Assembly: GCA_017395765.1 (NCBI GenBank)
Contig: JAFQNY010000170.1
Span: forward strand, 1 to 35,436
Direction of reading: 5' to 3'
Length of the DNA: 35,436 nucleotides
Origin: a bacterium
Lineage (GTDB): Bacteria > Cyanobacteriota > Vampirovibrionia > Gastranaerophilales > Gastranaerophilaceae
Position 1 is the first letter of the stretch, and every line of letters begins with the position of its first letter. Shown in pieces: positions 28,619-35,436 of this stretch. Both the position numbers and the translations under genes were made by a program. Under the pieces are notes generated by a model. The model was given only the letters and a program-made list of their open reading frames with translations. It was not told the DNA's origin and did no database searches.

Positions 28619-29674
28619 ATGGATATGGATTTTAAAAATGGTCGTCGAATAACAGTTGCGGAAATGGCTCCGCACATACATGGATTTTTGCCTTCGGAAA
28701 ATAAGGTAGAAAAGATTTCGCATTGGCTGACTAACTGGATAATTTTTTCTTTAGAAATCGGTAAGATAAAACCATATGATTTATTACCGTCTAAAAGCCA
28801 TTTAGCTTATCATATAGGCGTAAGCGAAGGCACTATACAAAATGTTTTTCGTATAGTGGAAGATTCCGGATACATAGAATCAAAACAAAGAATCGGGACA
28901 TATATAAAAAACATCCACGATCAAAGCTGTATTGAAAAATTAACCTCAAAACGCCAACTGGCGATTGAAATAGTAAAAAAATATATTGTCGAGAACAAAT
29001 ATCAAATCGATGAAGAGTTTATTTCCGCAAGAAAATTAGCAGATCAACTCGGAATGTCTAACTCAACTCTCAGAACGGCATATAATTTTTTAAGCACAAA
29101 CGGAATTTTAAAACAAAAAGGTCAATATTATTATATTAACAGTCTTGATTTTAGAGTAGAAAAAATCCAAACAGAAACATTAGTAGAAAAAGTCGCACTA
29201 AAACTAAAAAAATATATTAAAGAAGAATTAAAACCTGGAGACAAATTACCGGCAAATAATATTTTGTCAAAAAATTTTGATGCCAGTGTAAAAACTATTC
29301 ACGATGCTATAAAACTCCTTGCAAAAGAAGAGATTTTATATGTAAGACGAGGAAGATACGGGACAATAGTTTTGGACCAAAACAGTAACTCAAGTTCCGA
29401 ACTCTATTTTTATGAAAAATATGAACACAAAATTAAACAACTTATTTCAGAAAAATACAATGTCGGAGATAAATTGCCATCAATAAAAGAATTCTCCAAA
29501 GAATATAAAGTAAGTGAAAAAACTATTAAAAAAGCTTTGGATAACCTTGCAGAAGACGGTTATTTAGCCTTCTCCAGAGGGCGATACGGCGGCACATTTG
29601 TCTTGGATATACCTACAGACTCTTCACAAGCATACAAATGGTTAGCAATTACTCCGGAATATATGAATAATTAA
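28619..29674 (+). CDS. GntR-type DNA-binding protein with four tandem winged-helix domains
   Basis: Four repeats of the GntR pattern: LLPSKSHLA..GVS, FISARKLA..GMS, PGDKLPAN..AS, VGDKLPSIKE..VS...GRYGGTFV. Confidence 0.85.
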   Translation: MDMDFKNGRRITVAEMAPHIHGFLPSENKVEKISHWLTNWIIFSLEIGKIKPYDLLPSKSHLAYHIGVSEGTIQNVFRIVEDSGYIESKQRIGTYIKNIHDQSCIEKLTSKRQLAIEIVKKYIVENKYQIDEEFISARKLADQLGMSNSTLRTAYNFLSTNGILKQKGQYYYINSLDFRVEKIQTETLVEKVALKLKKYIKEELKPGDKLPANNILSKNFDASVKTIHDAIKLLAKEEILYVRRGRYGTIVLDQNSNSSSELYFYEKYEHKIKQLISEKYNVGDKLPSIKEFSKEYKVSEKTIKKALDNLAEDGYLAFSRGRYGGTFVLDIPTDSSQAYKWLAITPEYMNN

Positions 29675-29842
29675 AGGGATTGAGCAAACCTTAATACGTT
29701 TCACAAAGAAAAAAATATATTTACTCTCGCAAGATTCAGCTGAAGAGTTTTCCCCGATTCATTTCAAATAATATTGACAATACAAAAAATATCATTATAA
29801 ACATGCCAGCTCCCTCAATCGGATGATTTTTTTAAAAAAGTT

Positions 29843-29870
29843 TAAAGCAAGCACTAAAATCAACCGATTA
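29843..29870 (+). promoter_or_regulatory. Possible sigma28/sigmaD promoter upstream of the rod-gene operon
   Basis: TAAA-16 nt-ACCGATTA versus consensus TAAA-N15/16-GCCGATAA; a weaker TTGACA-16-TATAAA also lies at 29774-29801. Confidence 0.4.
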
Positions 29871-29896
29871 CCATGGGAGAAGTGAGGTATAACCAA

Positions 29897-30595
29897 ATGC
29901 AAATCAACGGCGGTGTAAGATTTTGTGAACAAGGAATAAAGGCATCCATAAGGGCGATGCATGTTCAGAGTGAAATCATCGGAATGATAAACGAAAACGT
30001 AACCGGATTTGATAAAATCGGGTTTCAACGCAGAGAGCCTGTAGTTTCATCATTTACGGAATATATCGGGATTCACGGACTTTCATCAACAGTCGATGAC
30101 CAAGTCGGCAGAATAACCGTTTCCAAAAACCCTTTAGATATAACAATGGCGAACAAAGGATATTTTCAAATTTTAACTCCGAACGGTGTAAAACTGACAC
30201 GTGACGGACGTTTTAAACTTGACAAAGAAGGGTTTTTATTGGATTTAGAAGACAACAAAGTATTATCTGATGCCGGACTGCCAATACAATTACCTGTCGT
30301 TCCGGAAGACTTAAACCAAGTTGTTGTGAACTCAAAAGGTAAAATCAGCGTTTACGATTCAAATTCAGAAAAAATTCATGAGGCCGGTTATTTGGGCGTC
30401 GTAGATTCAAACGGCATGGCGGTCATCAGTCCTGATGTCAAACAAGGATTTAACGAGCATTCGAATGTTATTCTGCAAAACGAATTTATGGCTATAAAAC
30501 CCGTAGTCAGAAACTTTGAAGCAAATCGACAAATATTCTTAATTGAGAGTTCAAACTTACAAAAGGTTATTTCTCAATTAGGTCAAGGTTCATAG
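29897..30595 (+). CDS. Flagellar basal-body rod protein (FlgF/FlgG family)
   Basis: NPLDITMANKGYF, LTRDGRFKLDKEGFL, EHSNV, RNFEAN; ATG 29897 follows GAGG (ORF track start is 29873). Confidence 0.85.
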   Translation: MQINGGVRFCEQGIKASIRAMHVQSEIIGMINENVTGFDKIGFQRREPVVSSFTEYIGIHGLSSTVDDQVGRITVSKNPLDITMANKGYFQILTPNGVKLTRDGRFKLDKEGFLLDLEDNKVLSDAGLPIQLPVVPEDLNQVVVNSKGKISVYDSNSEKIHEAGYLGVVDSNGMAVISPDVKQGFNEHSNVILQNEFMAIKPVVRNFEANRQIFLIESSNLQKVISQLGQGS

Positions 30596-30606
30596 GAGAT
30601 TAAATT

Positions 30607-31323
30607 ATGTATAGCATGCAAGCAGTAATAAGAAGAAATATAAGTAATACTTCATTGCAATATGAACGATTGGGCTACATTGCGAATAACTTTGCAAATT
30701 ATAATACAACTGCGTACAAAACAGAGAGTTTTGAACAAATTCTAAGAGAAGACGGGTATATTGACGGAGCTATTCGTACAAACATTGCTCAAGGCGGAAT
30801 AAGAATAACTAAAAATCCTTACGACATAGCGATTGACGGTGCCGGATATATTCCGGTTGTTTCACCTGACGGGGAAGTTCAATACACTCGTGACGGTGCA
30901 TTTAAAAAAGGTGCTGACGGGTATCTGATGACAATGGATGACTGGATGGTCGGCGACGGCATAAAAATACCTGCTAACTCTTATAAATTTGAAGTTAAGC
31001 CAAACGGTGACGTATATAGTTACGACCATGCCGGCTCATTACCTGAAAAAATCGGTACAATTCCTATTGTAAGATTTGATGCTCCGGAAGCATTAGAACA
31101 AGGAAACGGAAACAAAATGGTTGCTACATTAGATTCCGGAGATCCGTTCATTGTAAAAGATAACCAAAATATTCGTCAACATGCATTGGAATCTTCTAAT
31201 ACCAATGTTCACGATCAAGTAAACGAATTGATGAGATTAAACACATCAATCATTGCTTGTATGAACTTAGCTAAAGTTGCAGACAGCATGTACAATAAAG
31301 CGATTAACTTAAGAGAAGGATAA
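30607..31323 (+). CDS. flgG: Flagellar basal-body rod protein (FlgG/FlgF family)
   Basis: IANNFANYNTTAYK, NPYDIAIDGAGY, YTRDGAF, LESSN. Confidence 0.75.
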   Translation: MYSMQAVIRRNISNTSLQYERLGYIANNFANYNTTAYKTESFEQILREDGYIDGAIRTNIAQGGIRITKNPYDIAIDGAGYIPVVSPDGEVQYTRDGAFKKGADGYLMTMDDWMVGDGIKIPANSYKFEVKPNGDVYSYDHAGSLPEKIGTIPIVRFDAPEALEQGNGNKMVATLDSGDPFIVKDNQNIRQHALESSNTNVHDQVNELMRLNTSIIACMNLAKVADSMYNKAINLREG

Positions 31324-31329
31324 TTTTAG

Positions 31330-31680
31330 ATGACATTTACAAGTTTAGATTCAATGGGTAAAACCTCATTAATGTTAGATTTAATCTCACAAAGACACAG
31401 AGCTTTGGGTGCAAACGTCGCAAACGTGGACACACCGGGTTATGTAAGAAAAGACATCGACTTTTCTCAATACTTGGGTTCTATGAACAGCCCGTTGGAG
31501 ACTAAATTATCAACAGCTCTCGGGCCTTCCGGAGTTATTGAAGACAGAAGGCGACAAGAGATTGATATCGCAGAAGAATTGTCAGAAATGCAAAAAAACT
31601 CTCTTATGTTTACGATGGCATCGAGAAGAATGTCAAATATCATAACTGAGATGAAAACCGTTATAAATGTAGGTAAATAA
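31330..31680 (+). CDS. flgB: Flagellar basal-body rod protein FlgB
   Basis: RHRALGANVANVDTPGYVRKDIDF...DIAEELSEMQKN. Confidence 0.88.
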   Translation: MTFTSLDSMGKTSLMLDLISQRHRALGANVANVDTPGYVRKDIDFSQYLGSMNSPLETKLSTALGPSGVIEDRRRQEIDIAEELSEMQKNSLMFTMASRRMSNIITEMKTVINVGK

Positions 31681-31711
31681 GCTTAACTCTTTAAGCTGGA
31701 AAGGCTAAAAA

Positions 31712-32155
31712 ATGAGTATTCTTGAATCAATAAATATAGGTTCAAACGCATTAAAAGCACACGGATTAAGATTGGACATCCACGCAAAAAACATTGCAAA
31801 CGTGGACACTCCAAACTATGTAAGAAGGATTCCGGTATTAAATGCTTCCGAAGATATATCGTTTCACGGCCTTATGAATACAATGAAAAATGATGTTTTC
31901 GGCACAGGGACTTTACCGTATTTGCAAGGCGGGGTTGTTTTCAACGGTTGCGTTGAAGACCCGACTGTCGGTCAAAGAATATATTCACCCGGACACCCTG
32001 ACGCTGACGCAAACGGATATATACGTTCTTCAAACGTAAACGTAATGGTGGATATGGCAGATGCTATTTTAGCACAGAGAGCTTATGAGGCTAACTTAGC
32101 ATTGATTTCAATTTCCCGTTCAATGGCTGCAAAAGCAACAGAAATAGGCAGATAA
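31712..32155 (+). CDS. flgC: Flagellar basal-body rod protein FlgC
   Basis: NIANVDT..YVRR, YSPGHPDADANGY...NVN, AQRAYEAN. Confidence 0.93.
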   Translation: MSILESINIGSNALKAHGLRLDIHAKNIANVDTPNYVRRIPVLNASEDISFHGLMNTMKNDVFGTGTLPYLQGGVVFNGCVEDPTVGQRIYSPGHPDADANGYIRSSNVNVMVDMADAILAQRAYEANLALISISRSMAAKATEIGR

Positions 32156-32158
32156 TAC

Positions 32159-32704
32159 TTATAATTCAAAATTAAGATAGCTTTTATTGATTTCTTCTTG
32201 CTCTAATCCTATATATCTAAGAGTAATGCTCGGAGAGTTGTGATTAAAAATTTTCTGTAAAAGAGCCACATCTTTATATTGCTTATAGTGGTGATATCCG
32301 AAAGTTTTTCGCAAGCTGTGTGTACCGATGCTTTCTTTTACCTTGTTTTCTTTACATATATTTTTTAAAACTTTATACGCATAAGTTCTTTCCATTCGAT
32401 TATTATATATTGTGATAAAAAGAGGTTCATTAGCGTTTCTGCCTGCAATATTTTGCTTAATATATCTTTTAAGCTTTTTGTTAAGAGGGAACTTTTTATA
32501 TTTACCGGTTTTTTGTTCGCAGATAGAAAGATAGTCTTTATTCCTGACATCTTTAACATCAAGAGCCAATATATCAGAAATTCTTAGCCCCGTGTTTATT
32601 CCGAAAATAAACAACAGTAAATCCCTTTTATTCTCCTTCAATAAAAGGTTTTGTTCAATTTTTTCAATAGTTTTTTTGTTCCGAATAGGTTCAACAATTT
32701 TCAT
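32159..32704 (-). CDS. Tyrosine recombinase, catalytic domain only
   Basis: GLRISD (R), KTGK (K), HSLRKTFG (HxxR), FNH, TLRYIG (Y). Confidence 0.92.
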   Translation of the reverse strand: MKIVEPIRNKKTIEKIEQNLLLKENKRDLLLFIFGINTGLRISDILALDVKDVRNKDYLSICEQKTGKYKKFPLNKKLKRYIKQNIAGRNANEPLFITIYNNRMERTYAYKVLKNICKENKVKESIGTHSLRKTFGYHHYKQYKDVALLQKIFNHNSPSITLRYIGLEQEEINKSYLNFEL

Positions 32705-32760
32705 AAAAAATCTCCTTTCTTTGTGATAAAATAAAAACCAAGGAATTTTAAGGTGAGAGT

Positions 32761-33456
32761 ATGAAAAAGCTATTTATAATATTTTCATTAATGCTCGGTA
32801 CATTATCCGGATATGCAACCGAAGAAGCTGTACTGCAGGAACAAAATTCAATTCAAAGTCGAATTAACAGAGTCGGAACAGAAATCTTAAACTCTAATAA
32901 AATCGAAAAAAGAATAATTTTTGCTAATGGAAAAGAAGAAAAAATAGGGCTGTTAAAAGGTAACAAAACACTGACAAAACGCCAAGTTATTGTCTATGAT
33001 AATATTTACAAACAAATCGAAACAGACGATGAACTTGCAGGATTTATAGCCAGAGAGATAGCTTTAGCATCACGTTCCTACGACGGGTTAGGTGACGGGT
33101 GGTTAAGCTCAGTAAAAATTAAAGCTGCGCCTAAAAAATATGAATTAGTATTCGACAAATTAGCCGTTGATTACATGGTTAAAGCAGGATACAACCCATT
33201 GGGCTTAATTATATTAATAAACAAGACTTGCCCACAAGTAAGACAAGATAAATTATCAAGCAAAAACTTGACTTCAAAACGCTTGGGCTATATTTACGAA
33301 CGAATTTATTCTCAATATCCGTCTTTTTTGGTTGATAATGAATATTTAACCAACACCTATTATCAAAATTTCTTATTAACATCTCTTGAAAACAGAAAAA
33401 TTGCAAAAAAGAAAGTTGAGAATCCATCGGCGAATAGGAAACTTAAGTATGAATAA
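32761..33456 (+). CDS. Exported M48 peptidase-like protein lacking HExxH
   Basis: Signal peptide; DDELAGFIAREIAL in place of ELAxVxxHExxH; D..AVDYMVKAGYNP. Confidence 0.7.
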   Translation: MKKLFIIFSLMLGTLSGYATEEAVLQEQNSIQSRINRVGTEILNSNKIEKRIIFANGKEEKIGLLKGNKTLTKRQVIVYDNIYKQIETDDELAGFIAREIALASRSYDGLGDGWLSSVKIKAAPKKYELVFDKLAVDYMVKAGYNPLGLIILINKTCPQVRQDKLSSKNLTSKRLGYIYERIYSQYPSFLVDNEYLTNTYYQNFLLTSLENRKIAKKKVENPSANRKLKYE

Positions 33457-34009
33457 AATTATATGGATTTTGTTAACACTTTTGTTTTGTATAAATTGTA
33501 ACGCAGAAATTCTTGAGGATGAAGTCGTAAAAACTCTCCCGAGATATCCTATCAAACCTGTCGTACATAACAAGTACAACTACGAAGATACTGAAAAAAT
33601 TCCTATAAAATTAAGAATACAACAATCTATTATTTCTGAAAACCAAGTATATGAAGGGCAAGAAATCCATTTTGAACTGGTTCGGAGTGTTATATACAAA
33701 GGAAAAGTTATTGCTAAAAAAGGCTCAACAGTGTGTTCCAAAGTAAGTTTGGCAGTAACACCGGGAATGAATGGCATTCCTGCGAGCATTGTTTTTAAAG
33801 ATTTTATTGTTCCTAACATAAAGAGCGGACAGATAACTGATTCTTACGAGGTTTTCGGTCAAGACAGGAGTTTATTTGTATTCCCTCTAAAATGGGCTTT
33901 AACACCACTTCCGCCGACTGGGTCTTTAACTAATTTCATAAAAGGCGGACATGCAAAATTAAATACAAAAAAAACAATAACTATTTATTATTATCCGAAT
34001 TGGATATAA
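33449..34009 (+). CDS. Exported hypothetical protein
   Basis: ATG 33449 overlaps the upstream stop by 8 nt and gives signal-peptide-like MNKIIWILLTLLFCINCNA. Confidence 0.75.
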   Translation: MNKIIWILLTLLFCINCNAEILEDEVVKTLPRYPIKPVVHNKYNYEDTEKIPIKLRIQQSIISENQVYEGQEIHFELVRSVIYKGKVIAKKGSTVCSKVSLAVTPGMNGIPASIVFKDFIVPNIKSGQITDSYEVFGQDRSLFVFPLKWALTPLPPTGSLTNFIKGGHAKLNTKKTITIYYYPNWI

Positions 34010-34012
34010 TAT

Positions 34013-34044
34013 GGTTTTGTTGTTATAACAACAGAAATCTTTTT
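34013..34044 (+). terminator. Probable terminator (or operator) before ferritin
   Basis: Perfect palindrome TGTTGTTATAACAACA (34018-34033), extendable stem, T-run follows. Confidence 0.5.
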
Positions 34045-34083
34045 ATTATATGTTAAAATTAAGGTATAAATCGGAGGTAAATT

Positions 34084-34593
34084 ATGATTAACGAAAAATT
34101 ACAAACAGCATTTAATGATCAAATAAACAAAGAATTATATTCAGAATATTTATATTTAGCAATGAAAACCTACTTCTTAGAACAAAATCTTATGGGTTTT
34201 GTAAACTGGTTTGATTGTCAGGTACAAGAAGAACATGCTCACGCAATGGGAATGTATGATTATTTGAATGAAAGAGGCGGAGCTATAGAATTATTAGCAA
34301 TAGATAAACCAAACTTCAGCGGACAAACTCCAATCGAGATTTTTGAAGAAGTTTTAAAACACGAAGAATACGTAACCTCAAGAATAAACGCTTTGTATGA
34401 TGTTGCGGAAGAGGTTAAAGACCGTGCAGCAATGAAATTCTTAGACTGGTATATTAATGAACAAGTAGAAGAAGAAGCATCTGTGGGCGGAGTTTTAGCA
34501 ACTTTAAGATTAATAGGAGATGACAAAAAAGCTTTATTACTTTTAGATAAAGACTTAGCTACAAGAACATTTGTTGCGCCTGTAATCGGTTAA
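34084..34593 (+). CDS. ftnA: Non-heme ferritin
   Basis: QINKELYSEYLY, QEEHAH, HEEYVT, FLDWYINEQVEEE ferroxidase motifs; GGAGG RBS. Confidence 0.95.
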   Translation: MINEKLQTAFNDQINKELYSEYLYLAMKTYFLEQNLMGFVNWFDCQVQEEHAHAMGMYDYLNERGGAIELLAIDKPNFSGQTPIEIFEEVLKHEEYVTSRINALYDVAEEVKDRAAMKFLDWYINEQVEEEASVGGVLATLRLIGDDKKALLLLDKDLATRTFVAPVIG

Positions 34594-34612
34594 TTTATGG
34601 TTCAATAATATT

Positions 34613-34646
34613 AAAAAACTCTTGCAATATATGCAAGAGTTTTTTT
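34613..34646. terminator. Bidirectional intrinsic terminator
   Basis: AAAAAACTCTTGCA-ATATA-TGCAAGAGTTTTTT. Confidence 0.85.
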
Positions 34647-34667
34647 AATGCGAAACAAAATCAGAAA

Positions 34668-35436
34668 CTAGTTATTTTTAATCTCATTGTAGATTTTTTC
34701 GGTATTTACATCCCAAATATATTCTTTAGGCAAGTTTTTTGTAATTATTTCAGATGCCAAGATTCCGCTAAGCATGGAGTGATCTATATTATTATATTTA
34801 TGTTGCCCGTTTCTTCCGATTGGATATAAATTATCAATTAAATTAATAAAGTCTTTAATCTTATCAAAATCTTTATATGCACCAAAATGTGCCGGATAAG
34901 CTTTTTTTGTTTTAAATTGATAAGCTTCCAAGATATCTGAAGAATCTTCTATTATACCTATTTTTTTAAGCTCTTCGCCTGAAAACTTTATAAAATCTTC
35001 TTGGGATTTATTCCACAATTCATCATTCTCATTACAAAAATATTCAAGACATACAACAGTGTTTTTTGTATCACATATATATGGAGAAAAACTCTGCGGA
35101 GTGTACAATCTTCCGACTTTGACATCTCTTTGTTGCGTATATATCCAACTGTCGGGAGGAATATTATTAAGTGTCGGATATTTTGTATTATTTTTAATTT
35201 TAAAATCTTTGATTAAAAATGTTGTCATTATATAATCCCGATACGCTAAATTTGTTGCAACATTTTTAATGCTTTGCGGAACCGAACTCATTTTTTCCAT
35301 CAAATCTTTTATCGGTAATGATGAAATTATATAATCAGCAAACCAATCGTGAGTTTGATTCTCTTTGTTAACTTGAACCGAAACGATTTTTTTGTTTTCA
35401 AGCTTCAAACCCACTACCGTAGCATTTGTATGAATT
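34668..35436 (-). CDS. FAD-dependent oxidoreductase (protoporphyrinogen oxidase/UDP-galactopyranose mutase-like), 3' part
   Basis: Frame open to the window end; ADYIISSLP, WIY, LEYFC, KAYP, IGRNGQHKYNNIDHSM. Confidence 0.82.
   Translation of the reverse strand, partial: IHTNATVVGLKLENKKIVSVQVNKENQTHDWFADYIISSLPIKDLMEKMSSVPQSIKNVATNLAYRDYIMTTFLIKDFKIKNNTKYPTLNNIPPDSWIYTQQRDVKVGRLYTPQSFSPYICDTKNTVVCLEYFCNENDELWNKSQEDFIKFSGEELKKIGIIEDSSDILEAYQFKTKKAYPAHFGAYKDFDKIKDFINLIDNLYPIGRNGQHKYNNIDHSMLSGILASEIITKNLPKEYIWDVNTEKIYNEIKNN

Noticed and set aside
29676-29720. c-di-GMP-I riboswitch upstream of flagellar genes (GCAAACC seed)
   Set aside because: The GAAA-capped stem and downstream GCAAAG element are absent.

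Overview
This AT-rich chromosomal window looks like an anaerobic, fermentative, flagellated bacterium. The gene content suggests gut Melainabacteria/Vampirovibrionia (Gastranaerophilales), but that is inference and needs a phylogeny. Core genes: fabH (partial), fliD, ileS, a dicarboxylate/amino acid symporter, an HD-GYP protein, a membrane-anchored AAA ATPase pair, groES/groEL, nrdD, flgF/G-like x2, flgB, flgC, ferritin and a partial FAD oxidoreductase. A redox cluster runs adhE (split by a 1-nt frameshift), rex, a 2Fe-2S protein, a PAS-containing sensory [FeFe]-hydrogenase, a SpoIIE-like phosphatase, a second 2Fe-2S protein and a group-B-like [FeFe]-hydrogenase. The most unusual signals lie at 17.8-23.1 kb. 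(1) A four-helix-bundle (23S-IVP/Avd-like) gene sits between groES and groEL, bracketed by inverted arrays of an 8-bp repeat that could loop it out of the mRNA. (2) A gene for a TPR + four ClpX-type zinc finger protein is bracketed by a perfect 61-bp direct repeat. (3) A ~230-nt multi-stem structured non-coding element downstream of groEL is followed by three 102-bp tandem repeats, each carrying a terminator. Also notable: a protein made of four GntR winged helices only, a solo tyrosine recombinase, and shared export-signal-like N-termini on several orphan proteins.
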